From contig NC_068986.1 of the NCBI RefSeq assembly GCF_001194135.2, forward strand, positions 44,687,319 to 44,751,318: 64,000 nucleotides of DNA, given 5' to 3'. Below, one piece after another: positions 15,601 through 30,600 of this stretch (position 1 is its first letter; the number at the start of each line of letters is the position of its first letter). The translations under genes and the position numbers were made by a program. The notes below the pieces were generated by a model that saw only the letters and a list, made by a program, of their open reading frames with translations, had not been told where the DNA came from and made no database searches. The DNA is from Octopus bimaculoides. Taxonomy: Eukaryota.

Positions 15601-18600
15601 GTCACATCTTTTGTGGGATCCAGGCCTTTTGATTCAGGTGATAAAACATTAGGAAATACAGTTAGTGATACAATAATGAAATCAGTAATAACTGGATCTG
15701 TTCCTTTTGCACATGTCACAAGAGAATCTATTGCATATGATGATAGGGAAATCCTCACTGACTTTAGTGATATATTAATTAGATCCAAAGACTTTCATGA
15801 AGCAACAACAGAATCTATAACAAGGGAACATAATATTTCTCAGAAGGTGATAACAAAGGGAATTGCTGTTGATACCAAAATCATTGAATCTAAAGTCTCA
15901 GATGATACAATAACAATGCAGAGTTTAGTCTTTGATAATATAACAAAGGAATCGACAATATTTTATCAAATGATAAAAGAAGTAAATATTTCTAAAGCTG
16001 TAACAAAGAAATCTATCATCTCTGATGATGTAACAACATATATCTTATCTGATAATGGAACAATGGTAGCTGTCACATCTGACAAGTTAACAGTAAAATC
16101 TAGCCTTCTTGGTAATGTAACCCTGGAATCTACCATTTCTCATAAGGCAACAGTAACTTCCATCCTTATTGATAGTATAACAATGGAATTTACTATTACT
16201 GACGATGTAAGAAAAGCATTCACTATTTTTGATAATTTAACAACATTTATTACTCCTGATTATGTAAGCTTAAGACATATAGCTTTTAACAACATAACAA
16301 TGTATTATATAGGTTCTGAAAATGTAACAATAGAATATAGAGTATCTGATGATGGATTAATAACACTTATTGGAACAAGTGATCATGTAAAACTCATATC
16401 TAAGCATTCTAATGACAGTACAATTAAATCCATTGATTCTGATGGTGTAAAAATGAAGCATATAATTTCTGATGAATTAACAGTTGCACCTTTAGTTTTC
16501 ACTAGGAGAGTAATAGAGACTAGTTCCTCTGGTGATGGAAAAATTGGTTCTATACTCTTTACTGAACTATCTTTGAGACCTGTAGACTCCGACAATGCAA
16601 CTATAGCATCTGTAATATCTGATGAAGCAATAACTGGATTGATTATTCCAGATCACGAAATTTCGAGATCTGACTACACATCAAAGAAAACTCTTCGTAT
16701 TCATGATGTAAAACCAAGGACTCTTGTTTCTGGTAAGGTAAAAGTTAAGACTCAAGTGGTAACTAAAGCCATACACTTTATATCAAAGCAATTTCTTGTT
16801 AGCGATGATATAACAATCAGATCTTTAATCAGTGATTATAGAACAACAAGATATCTACATAGAGACGATACAACAACACAGTTTCTAGTGAGTGATGACA
16901 CCAAAGATGATATTTTAACATCAAGATTTAAAATTATTGCTGATGAAGAACCAGTAACAAAGTCTCAAATTGATCATGATGTCACAAGTTCTATGCTTAG
17001 TGATCATATAATATGGTCTCTAGTGAGTGCCAATATAACAAATTCTCTAATTAAAGTTGAGGTAACAATGAGATCTATATTTGGTAATTATGTAACATGG
17101 AAGTCTAGAGTTGATGAGGATGCAACAAGATTTCTTGCTGAGGATGACAATATAACAATGAGATTGCCTTTTGTCAGTGATGATGAAAAAAAAGCATCTG
17201 TTGACTCAGTTGATGAACATATGGGCTCTACTCTCTTAGCTATTGCAACAGTTGAATTTGCAATCCCCCATGATGCAACAAGGAAAGACACAATTTCTAC
17301 AGAAATACTCTCTGATAATGAAACAATTGAAGAACCTGTATCAGAATATGTAACAATGTCATCCATGTTCACTCAGGATGTAACAGCAATAACCACATTT
17401 TCTGATTATGTAACAATGCAACCTACAATATTTAATGATACGATAATGAATAGTACCATATATGATGATGTTATAACAGGATCCGTAACATCTGACAAAA
17501 CAATGGAACTCATGGTCTTTGAAGAAGTGACATCAAAATATACAGTTTTTGATAATATAACAATTGACTCTAATGCTACATCGAGATCCACAGCTTCTGA
17601 TGATGTAGCAACGATATTTTCACTAAAAGATGATACAGCAATAATATCCACAGTCTCTGGTGATATAGCAGTCAAATCTAAATTTGATGTCAAAACAACA
17701 AAGTACATAGTATCTCGTGACATAAGAGAACAATCCAAAGTCTCTGGTGGTGTAGCAATGAAGTTCATAATTTCTGGTGATGTAACAATGAAATCTACAG
17801 ACCGTGATGATGATGGTGTCACAAAAATATTCACTTTCATTCAGATTGTAACAATGAGAACTATAGTTTCTTTTAAGGCTACAAGGAAATTTCCATTGCC
17901 TCATGGCATAACAAAGAAATCCACTGAATCTATGACAATGAAATTCAAGGTCTCTGATGTAAGGAGTTACACGGTCTCTGATAATGTAACCACTAAATTC
18001 ACACACTCCAATGATACAAAAATTATAAAAACGGGATTGGCAATATTTGATAATATGACATTTAGATCCTCTAGCAGTAGAGCAATACAATTTGTGGATT
18101 CTGAAAATGCTACTACTCATACCACTGTCTCTGATGATCTAACATTTGGGTCTATTTTCTCTGATGAGACTATAAGTGAATCTGTTGTTTTTAGTCATGT
18201 GACAACAGGATATATTTTACCAGAAGATATAACAGATGCAATTGACTGGGATTCTAAAGCAGGAGAATTAATTACTAAGAAAGATGTAGTAACAAAACAA
18301 ACATTCATTGACTTATCAACTGTGACTTTTAATGTTTCAAGTATATTGACTACTATGGGTGATTCAGTCACAACGTTTGTTGTTTTACAAAATTCTACAA
18401 CCATTGCTACTGATGATTATATTACAATACGTATCGCCGTAAATGGCTCATTTGCTGTGGCTACTACTACAGATGACTCAATCACTAAGACTGTTTTAAT
18501 AAATGGTTCTATCATTGAGTCAGTTAACATGTCTGCTTCTATGGAGGATTCAGTCCCCATGCTTGTTGATAAAGATGATTCAGTGAATCAATCAGTAGCT

Positions 18601-21600
18601 ACAAATGCTTCTATATCCATAACAGCTATCACTGATGATAGAGCAGGTCTAATTATTAGAGAACATTCAAAGGTACCATCAAGTGTGGAAGACGATGATA
18701 CAATATCTACAACAGTTCAGACTAGCATTAAAATAATTATGTTAACTACTTATGGTATTGTAACAAGAGCTGCAGTAGTTGATGATCACACATTAAGATC
18801 ACTTGCAACTGATCCCCAATTGACGAGAGTATCTGCAACTGATTATATAAAATCTTCAGTAATTATAGACAAGTTAATCATTGGTTTAATTACTGCTAAC
18901 AAGACACTATATGTGTCAGATGCTACTGAGGAGGTGGTGTATAAGCCAGTGGTTATTGATGTAATGATATCCAAACCGGTTACTACAGGTATGACAATAT
19001 ATAAATTGATTGGTAGTGATGTCATAACATATAGAACAATTCTATCTGATGTAGTGACTCACAAAGCAATTGGTATTGACAATAAAACAACTCAATCACT
19101 CAGTACTCATGTAGTAATGTACCAGCCTTTGACTATTAATGTAACAATATATAGACCAGTTATTCCTTATACTGAATTGAATAAAACAGTTGGCATTGAT
19201 GATAAAGTGGGTGGGTCTCTTACTACTGATCTAATGATATACAAATCACTTGCAGTTGATACTATCATTGCTACAGATGTGGTAACACATAAACAAAATG
19301 GTACTGTTCTCCTAACATATAGACCACTTGCTTTTGATTTTGTGACATACAGACCAGATGTTACAGGGGATACAGTAGATAAACTATTTGCTACCCATGT
19401 GATTACATATAAACTAATTACAACTGATGTTGTAACATACAGACCAGTTGTTACTGGGAAGAAAGTTGATGCGCCACTTGTCACTTACCTGGTAATATAT
19501 AGAATGATTGTTACTGATAAGCCTGTTGCTACTAATAAAACAGTATATAGATCAACTGCCACTAATTTGGTAATACATAAAACTGTTACCACAGAGATGT
19601 TGACGCATATACCAACAGTTGCTGGCGTGAAACTATATAGACTAGAAGCTATTAGTGATGTAATGGTTCCAGCAACTACTACAGGTCATGTAGTGATTGA
19701 GCCAACCACTAGTGGAGATATAGTGGTTCAACCAACAGCTACAAATGTAGTTTTGTATAAACCAGTTGTTATTGTTTCAGTAACATATAAACCAGTAGCG
19801 ACTAGTATTGTAATATATAGACCAATATCTATTGATGTCATGGAATATAAATCAGTTACTTCTGATAAAACTATACATGAACCAGTTGTTATTGGTGAAA
19901 CTGGTGAGGCTGAAGATATGTCAGCTACTACAGATGAAGTCAAACCAAGATCAGTTGCTGCCCTCAAAGCTGTATCAAGTTTGATCAAAGGCAATGAAAC
20001 AATATCTAGATTGCTTACCACAAACAAAAGTGTATCTGAATCAATTTCAAGCACAGAAACACTATCAGGAATAATTGCCACTGATGAAACAGGTACAGAA
20101 TACAAAGCTATAGCAGGTTTGGGTGTCACAGTTAAAGCAACATCAGGATTAGTTGCTACTGATAGAGTAACATCTCATTTAATTGACTCTTTTAGAGCAA
20201 TATCTACTTTAGCTGCAACTGGTAAAACAATAACTGGTTCAACTGGTATGGATAAAGTATCATCTAGATTATTTACCTCTATCGAAGCAATGTCAGTCAC
20301 CACTGAGAAATCAATATATGGACCAGCTGATGAGGCTGAAACAATATCTGTATCAACAACTGACACAGATATAGCAATATATAAATCAGTTGATGATGTT
20401 AAAACTGTATCTGTATCAATGATTGCTACTGATGTAGCAATATCTGACTTGGTTGATTCTGATGAAGCAATAAGTGTAACTGTTATCACAGTCTCCCCTG
20501 ATGAAGCAGTATCTGTATCAACTCACACTGAAACAATATTTGGATCAATTGAGACAATGCCTCATGCAGTTGTTGTCAAAGAAACAGCACTGGTATCAGC
20601 TATAACTATCAAAACAAAAATTGAGCCAATTGCTTCTGATGATGGATTAGTTACCATTGATGAATCAGTATATGGGCCACTTGCTACTAATTTGATTAAA
20701 GATAGACCAGTTGCTACTGATGTTACAATATATAGACCAGCTGTTACTGGTGTTACAATATATAGGCCAAGTACTACCGATGTTACAATCTCTAAACCAG
20801 TTGTTACTGATGTTACAATATATAGACCAGATGTTACAAATGTTACAATCTATAAACCAGCTGATACTTATGTTGCAATCTATAAACCAGTGGCTACAGA
20901 TGTTAAAATCTACAGACCAGCTGCTACTCAAGTTACAATCTATAGACAAACTGCTACTGTTGTAACAACCTATACACCAGCTGCTACTAATGTTACAGCC
21001 TATAGACCAACAGCTAGTGATGTTAGAATCTATAGACCAACAGCTAGTGATGTTAGAATCTATAGACCAGTCTTTTCTGATGTTACAATTTATAGACTAG
21101 ATGCTACTGGTGTTACAACATATGCACCAGTTGCTACTGATGTTATAATCTACAGACCAGCTGTTACTGATGTTACAATCTATAAACCAGCTGCTACGGA
21201 TGTTACCATCTATAGTCTAGCTGATATTGATGCTACAGTCTATAAACCAGATGTTACTGATGTTACAATCTATAAAGCAGAGGCTATTTATGTTACAATG
21301 TATAGCCCAACAGCTAGTGATGTTACAATCTATAGACAAAATACTTCTGATGTTACGGTCTATAGACCATCTACTACTGATGTTACCATCTATAGACTAC
21401 CTACTACTGATGTTACAATATATAGACAAGCTGCTACTTATATTACTGATATTATTATCTACAGACCATTTGTTACTGATGTTTCAATCTACAAACCAGC
21501 AGTTATTGATGTTTCTATCTATAGGCCAGCAACTACTAATGTTACAATCTATAAACCAGCTGCTACTGATGTGGCAATATATAGACCAGCTGCTACTGAT

Positions 21601-24600
21601 GTTATAATCTATAGACCAGCTGCTATGGATGTTACCATCTATAGACCATCTGCTACTGATGTTACAATCTCTAGACCAGCTATTTTTAATGTTACAATCT
21701 ATAAAGCAGATGCTACTGACATTACAATATATATAACAGCAGCTAGTGATATTTCAATCTATAGATCAGATACTACTAGTGTTACTATCTATAGACCTCC
21801 AACTACTGATGTTACAACCTATAAACAAGCTGCTACTAATGTTACTGATATTACAATCTATAAACCCGTAGCTGCTGATGTTTCAATCTATAGATCAGCT
21901 GTTACTGATCTTACAATTTATAGATCTGCTACAACTAATGTTACAATCTATAAACCAGCTGCTACAGATGTTACAATTTATATGCCAGATGCTACTGATG
22001 TTACAATCTATATACCAGCTGCTACTGATGTTACAGTCTATACACTAGCTGATTCTTATGCTACTGATGTTGCAATCTATAGATCAAATGCTACTGATGT
22101 TACAATCTATAAACCAAATGCTACTGATATTACTGATGTTACAATCTATAGACCAGCTGCTACTGATATTACAATCTATAGACCAGCTGCTACTGATGTT
22201 ACAACCCACAGATCAGTTGTTACAGATGTTACAATCTATAGACCAGTGGTTACTTATATGTCAACATTTAGAACAATTGTTAAAGATGAAAAGGAATATG
22301 GACCAGTTATTACTTCTGATGACAAAGTAACACATAGATCTGTTGATGGCACATTATATGGAACAGCTATGTATGAGATCACATATAGATCACTTACATT
22401 TAATGAGACAAAGTCCAGGTCAACTGCCATTGATAAGAAAATATATAAGCCATCATTTGAAACTAATGTTACTGATGATACTGATGAAGACATAAGAACA
22501 TTAATCACTAGTGACTATGTGTTAGAAAGTGGTCAAGTTAAAGATTATCTATCAGTTACTTCTGGAGTAATAATGTTTCATTCAATCACTTCAAAGGATA
22601 CAACATATAGCCCAAATGTTACAGTCAAAGCAAAATATAAAACAGTTATCACTGATGAAACAATACATGGTACAGTTACCACTGAGGAGGCCACATACAA
22701 CCTGGTATTGCCTGGTGCAATTGTTCCTGGTACAATTGTTTCTAGTACAATTGTTTCAAATAAAACAATATCTGGCACAAATGAGACAATATCTGGCACA
22801 GTTGCTAAAGATATGATAATAACTAGCAAAGTTATCGCTGATCAAACTATATCTAGCACAGTTCCTACAGATGAGACAATATCTGGTAAAATGGTTATTA
22901 ATGAGACAATACATAGTACAGTGACTATGGATGAAAGGATAACTGGTTTAGTAACTACAAATAAGATGATATCTGATAAAATTGTCACTAAAGAGACAAT
23001 ACCAGGTACAGTTGTTACTGATGAAATAATAACTGGCATAGTTGCTAGAGATGAGATAATATCTGGGACAGTGGCTACTGATATGATATCTGGGACTGTT
23101 GCTGCAGATGGGATAATACTTGGCACAGATGCCACAGATGAAATAATACCTGGTGCAGTAGCTACAGATGAGATAAAACCTGGCACACCGACTACAGGTG
23201 AGATAATACTTGGAATACCTACTACAGAAGAGATAATAACTAGCATATCTGCTGCAGATGAGACAATACCTGGCATACCTGCAACAGATGAGATAGTACC
23301 TGGCATACATGCTACAGATGAGATATCTGGCACATCTGCTATAGATGGGATAATACTTGTTACATCTGCTACAGATAAGATAATATCTAGTACGCCTGCT
23401 ACAGATGAGATATCTGGCACATCTGCTACAGATGAAATAAAATTTGGTACATCTGCTACAGATGAGATAATACCTGGAATACCTGCTATAGATGAAATAA
23501 TACCTGGGACACTTGCTACAAATGAGATAATATCTGGCACACCTACGAGAGTTAAGATAATATCTAGCACACATGACACAGATGAGACACTACCTGACGT
23601 AGTTGCTATGGATGAGACACTCCCTGCCAAAATTGTTACTAATTACACAGGACGAGACACAGTAGCTACAGATGACATAACATTAGATACAGAGGCTACA
23701 AATGAGACAATACCTTATACACTTGTGGCTGATAAGACAATGCCCATTAAACTTGGTACTGATATGGAAAGCTATGGTACAGTTACTATTCATGAGGCAA
23801 TGTCTGGTGTAGCAACTACAGATGAGATGATATCTAGTTCTGGTGACACAAATGAAACAATACAAAGAACAGTTGCTACTGATGAGACAATATTTCACAC
23901 TGATGTTACTGCTGAGGCAGCAGCTTCTACACTTGCTCCTGATGACACAACGCAAGGCACAGATGCTGCTGATGAAATAATACTTGGCACAGATGCTACA
24001 GATGGTACAACACTTGGAAGTTTTACTACTAATGAAGTAACAGCTGGCACAGTTGCTACTGATGAGAAAATGGCAATATCTAGACTAGCTACAATTCAGG
24101 AAGCAATATGTTATGCAGTTACTACAAATACGATGGCACTTCACACAGATGTTATTTATAAAACAATTCTTGGCACAGCCATTACTGCTTTCACAATATC
24201 TGATTGGCTTGTAGCTACAAATGGAACAATGACTTGTACAGCTGTTACAAATAAAACATTGCCAGGTAGAATTGTTACAGATGAGATAACATCTGGCATA
24301 GTTACTACAGATGAGACAATGCCTAGTACAGTTGCATCAAGTAAGACCAGGCCTGGTACAGTTCTTATGGACGAGATAATACCTGGCATATTTGGTACTG
24401 TTGAGAATCTAACTAGCAGAGTTGTTACTAATCAAACAAGGCACGGTACAGTTGTTACTGATGAAATGCTTCGTGGCACAGCTATGACTAATGTGGCACC
24501 ACCTGGCATAGCCGTTACTAATGAGACACTACCTAGCACAGCTGCAACTGATGTTATGCTAGCTCGTACAGCTGTTACTAATGAGGCACTACCTGACACA

Positions 24601-27600
24601 GTTGTTACTGATGAGATACTACATGGCACAGCTGTCACTAATCAGATGCTCCCTGGCACAGCTGTGACTGATGTAATGCTACCTGGCATAGCTGTCACTA
24701 ATGAGACATTACCTAGTACAGTTGTGACTGATGTGATGCTACCTGGCACAGTTGCTACAGATGAGACACTACCTGGCATAGCTGTGACTGATAAGGCACT
24801 ACCTGGCAAGGCTGTTACTAATGAGACACTACCTAGCACAGCTATAACTAATGTGATGCTACCTGGCACAGTCGTTTCTGATGATACACTACCTGGCACA
24901 GCTGTTATTGATGAGATCCTGCCTGGCATAGTTGTTACTGATGTGATGCTACCTGGCACAGCTGTGTCTGATGTGATGCTACCTGGCACAATTGTTACTA
25001 ATGTGACACTACCTGGTACAGCTGTGACAGAGATACTACCTGGCACAGCTGTTACTGCTGTGATATTACTTGGCATAGCTGTGACTAATGAGACACTACA
25101 TAGCAAGGCTGTTACTAATGAGACACTACCTAGCACAGCTATGACTGATGTGATACTACCTGGAAAAATTGTTACTAATGGGACACTAACTGGTACAGCT
25201 GTGACTGATGAGACACTACCTGGCACAGCTATTACTAATGAGACATTACCTAGCACAGCTGTGACTGATGTGATGCTACCTGGCACAGCTGTTACTGATG
25301 AGACACTACTTGGCACAGCTGTAACTGATAAGACACTACATGGCACAGCTGTTATTAATGAGACACTACCTGGCACAATTATGTCAGAGACACTGTCTGG
25401 CACAGCTGTTACTGATATGATACTACTTGGCACAGCTGTGATTGATGAGACAGCACCTGGCAAGGCTGTTACAAATGAGACACTACCTAGCACAGCTATG
25501 ACTGATGTGATACTACCTGACACAATTGTTACTGATCAGGCACTACCTGGCACAGCTGTAACTAATGAGACACTATCTGGCACAGCTGTGACAGAGACAC
25601 TGCTTGGCACAGCTGTTACTGATGTGATACTACCTGGCACAGCTATGACTGATGAGACACTACCTGGCACAGCTGTAACTAATGAGACACTAGCTGGCAC
25701 AGCTATGACTGACGTGATGCTATCTGGCACAGTTGTTTCTGATGAGACACTACTTAGCACTGCTGTTACTGATGAGATACTGCCTGGCAGAGTTGTTACT
25801 GATGTGATGCTACCTGGCACAGCTATGACTGATCAGACACTACCTGGCACAGCTGTGACTGATGTGATGCTACCTGGCACAGTTGTTACTAATGCAACAC
25901 TACCTCACACAGATGTGACTGATATGAAGCTACGTGGCAGAGCTGTGACTGATGAGACACTAACTGGCATAGCTGTAACTGATCATACACTACTTGGCAC
26001 AGATGTTACTAATGAGACACTACCTGACACAGCTGTGACTGATGTGATGCTACCTGGCACAGCTGTAACTGATGAGACACTACCTAGCATAGTTGTGACT
26101 GATGAGACACTACATGGTATAGCTGTTACTAATGAGACACTACCTGGCACAGCTGTTACTAATGAAACACTACCTGGCACAGCAGTTACAGATGTGATGC
26201 TGCCTGGTACAGCTGTTACTAATGAGACACTACCCGGCACAGTTGCTACTGATGAGACACTACCTGGCACAGCTGTGACTGATGAGTCACTACCTGGTGC
26301 AGCTGTTACTGATGAGACACCACCTGGCACAGCTGTTGCTGATGAGATGCTACCTAGCACAGCCATTATTGATAAGACACTACGTGGCACTGTTGATGAA
26401 ACATTGTCTAGAACAATTAGTATTGACAAATCAGTATCTAGCATATTTGCTACTGATAAGTTATCACCTGACACAGTTGTTACTAATGGAACACTACTTG
26501 ATAAATTTGCTGCTGATGAGTCAATACTTGGTATAATTGTTGGAGCAATGTCTAGTGCTGCAGTTGTTAGTGATGAGACAATATCCCAACCAATTACTAC
26601 TGGCACTACAAATGAAACAGTAGATTGGCCAGTTGCTACTGTTCAGACAGTCTATTGGCTAGTTGACACAACTAAAGTAATGTTAGAATCATTTGCTAAT
26701 GATACAACAATAAATGGAACACTTGCTGTCATTGAAGTCAAATATGGACCATCTACAACTAAAGAAACAATATCCCAATTTGTTACTAGAAAAGAGAAAA
26801 TTCCTGAACCAATTCACTCTGATGGGATAACACAACTGAAACGTTCACTTGCTACAACCGAAACATTCTCTAAATCAATTTCTACTGATGAGGCCGTACT
26901 TGAAACTGTTTCCACTGACATGGTAATATATGAATTAGTTTCTACTGATGAAAAGATTCTTGAATCAGTTTCCACTGAGGCAGCAACACTTGAAACAGTG
27001 TCTACTGATGAGGTAGTACAAGTATCAGCTTCCACTGATGAGGTGATAGACAGATTAGTTTCTACTGGTGTGACAATATATGGATCAACTTCCACTGATA
27101 CAGAAATAAATGTATTAGCTACTGTTACTGCTGATACCGTAGTAAGACTATTTTCTGCTAACTGGACCATAATTAGACCAGTCATCACTGATAATACACA
27201 AGACAGAAATATTACTATTGAAGGAAAGGTAGCTAGACAAACTACTATAGTCAGGATGGTTGTCACAGATGAGACAATAACCAAAACAACTGTCTCTGAC
27301 AGAACAAAATATTATTTAATATCAACATCAGTTACAATCATTGATTTAACACAAAAGTCAGTCGTTAGTTATGATGCAAGACACATTGAATCTGCTTGTG
27401 ATGTAAAATCTCTACGAGTAGATACTTCTGGTATAATGTTATCTGGGCCAACGATAACTGAAAAACAACTAACTGAATCATATGAAGACAGTTACACAAC
27501 AGCTGCACTAGTTGGTGCTTCTGATTATATCAGGAGCACTCTAATTATTACTGATTATGGCTTGTACACTACATCACAAAAAGCCATTCTTGTAATGAAA

Positions 27601-30600
27601 TCTATTAAATATAAATCTGATCAAACTGCTTTATATAAAATGACTGAAACAATTACAAAAACAGGTGTTACTGACATTCAGAAAAGAATACCACAAATCA
27701 TCCATTCCAAACTTTTTTCTGATGATGGTATAAATACAACTGTTATTCAAGATAAAGGAATATCAATAACTACTTATTCAAGTCTTTTAGTACCAGATAG
27801 CTCAAAGCACTTTATTGATATTAAAAGCCTCTCTCAAGCTACTGTCAGAGAAAAATATTTAGTTATGACTGAAATTATGGTAACTGTTACCACTGATAGC
27901 AGCCAACAAAGCTTTTCACTTCCAGTCACTGACATTACAAAACTCTTAACTGATTCCAGTGTAAGTATACCATTTATTGATTATATTTTCTCCAAAAGAG
28001 TTAGTGAAAAGGTTATCAGAAAAGAACTGGGATATACTTTATCTATAGATATATTAGATATAAGTAATATCACTAAAACACAACCAACATTCATAAATAA
28101 AACTGAATTTAAAATTACAGAAATTATATCTGTAGGCTACCAAACTAAAGTAACACCATCACAAAGCAAGGAAATAACAGACTTATTATTTGTAAGTGAT
28201 ATCATAAATGTTGTCACAGACATGATAGCAATGTCAACTAATATTTATAGAAATATATCCCATGAACATTATGCTTCAGATACTGGTGGAATCATGATAT
28301 ACAGTAAAGAAACTTCTTCAAGGACTAGATCTGATATTCAGACTGTAACAGTGTCATTCCTCATCATACCAACATTTCTAGCAAGACAGTCTAAACTTTA
28401 TGAAATCTGGATGTCTAGTAGTTTACCAACTATATCATCTGCAGCTGCAATGAAAATCACAGCTAATGAAACAGAAACGTATACAAAATTACCAAAAATT
28501 AGTAAAACTGTCAAATATTCACAAGTAAAGAATGTTACTGCATATGAAATCAGCATAAAAGTGATAGAACCAACTTCTATTACAATAACAACACAATTTG
28601 ATTGTAAAGTAACAGTAGTCAACATTAGTTTAACTGAATGTGTAAAAGCTTATAAAACTAAAACTTCTACACCATATCTTGTTCACTTACTCCACACAAC
28701 TGAGACAACAATCCAAACTTCAGAAATTACAAATATTAGCACTATAAAGGATCTTTTTATTGAAACCAGAATTCCAACAACCATCCAAACGAATGTAACT
28801 ACATTGATTTTAGAAGTTAAACATTTAACTTCATTTTTGGGAGAAGAACTATCTCATCAGTCACTAACAGACCAATTTGTGACAATGGATTATAAATTGT
28901 TTCAGTTCTGTACAGATATTTTACCCATTGATAACAAGACAATAGATGGGATTATTGAAGCAGCAACTGCCATTTTAACTAAGATTATACTTGTAACAGT
29001 CACACCAAAATCTTTTATTTCAACAGATGTAGTTTCGTCTCACAAACTATTTTATTATTTCACAAATGGAACTCTCATAGTACTAAGTCAAACAAAGACA
29101 GTGAAACCTATCACTACAGCAACTAAATTTGAAGATAGCACAGAGATGATAAAAATAAAATATGATTATTTAAGAGAAAGATCAGTGATTAGTAAAGAAA
29201 CAATGAGTTCAGTTGATAATATAACAGAAATCCACTGGACGGAAGCATACAAATCAGCAATAGCAACTGACACAAAACACAAAGATCTTACAATTCTATA
29301 TATCTTTACATCAACAGAAGAACAATTAATTTCTGTGCAATCTGATAGCATATCAAAACAATTAGTTGGTTTGATACAAAAGACAACGATATTGTATGAT
29401 GGAATTGAAACAATGGTAACTGAAGAATTCATACCTGAGAAAGAAATCTCAGAAGAGGAAAAAAGTCTTATATTCAAACCAACACATGTAATATATGATG
29501 GCAAAATAATTAAAGGAACTATTACACCCATCTTAGAGTATTTAAGAACCAAAGTTCAAGACATGGCTATTCCAGTTATACCACAAGTAACATCTACAGA
29601 TGTTGTAGCAGTTATATTCACACAAGAGTATGTAACTTTTAAAGATGCATTAACTATTGTATCAATAACAGAAAATATATCAGTAGATATAATATATGTT
29701 ACTTTTACTCCAGAATATGCATTGTCTCAAGATATAACATATGTTACATTAGTATCAGATCAAGTAATAATGTCTGATACTTACATACTAGAACATATGT
29801 CACCTAGAGATAAAGTAACTAATATTTCTACACAAAAATCTGTAACAGATAATGGAACATTTGTGGAAGTTATAACTATCTCAAAGGTATCAGATAATAT
29901 AATATTTGGAGATAATGTATCTGTGACACTTACATCAGAATTTTTAACACTTGCAGATACATTAACTATTATTCTTACAACAGAACAGACAACATTTAGA
30001 GATACATCATTTATTATTTCTTTACCAGAACAAGTAATATCCAGTGATATAACAATAGTTAGTTCTATATCAGAACATATAGCATCTGAAAAATTGGCAA
30101 ATGTGAGTTCTAGATTAAAGCGAATAATGTTTGGATACTTGATAACCAATATTTCTGTGTCAGAATATGCAGCACCTGTTACTTCAGTATCAAGACATAT
30201 ATATGCAACATCTGGGTATGCAATCACTACTAGTCCTATATCAGATCATGTAACATTTGGGTATGTAGTAATCACTGTTTCTATACCAGAATATGTTATA
30301 TCTGAAGTTATAACTGTTAAAACTATATCAGATGCTGTAATAACTGAATATGCAATAACTTTCACTTCTCAAACAAAACCTGTAATATCTGAAAATACAA
30401 CAAACGTTGCTGTTCCAGAATATACCCAATCTCCAGATATAATGACTATTATTTCACGTGCTGATAGAGCACTAGGTACCACTAGATTAGAAGTATTAAC
30501 ATCTGAACAACCTGTTGTGGCAGAAGAGGTAACATTTGAATATGTTGAAGCTGCTAGCTCTATTCTGTATGATGTAATGTCAAGGCTGACTGGTTCTTCT

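Noticed and set aside
20711-22330. Alternative-frame Leu/Met/Gln-rich ORFs (MLLMLQSIDQLLL...), and the similar MSVLYIVKY ORFs at 46.7-47.9 kb, which look hydrophobic or signal-like
   Set aside because: These are shifted readings of the 30- and 45-bp coding repeats with no independent evidence.
20707-26400. CRISPR-like appearance of 30-45 bp repeats
   Set aside because: Units are head-to-tail with no unique spacers, vary by codon-sized changes, lie in frame in a CDS, and no cas genes are present.
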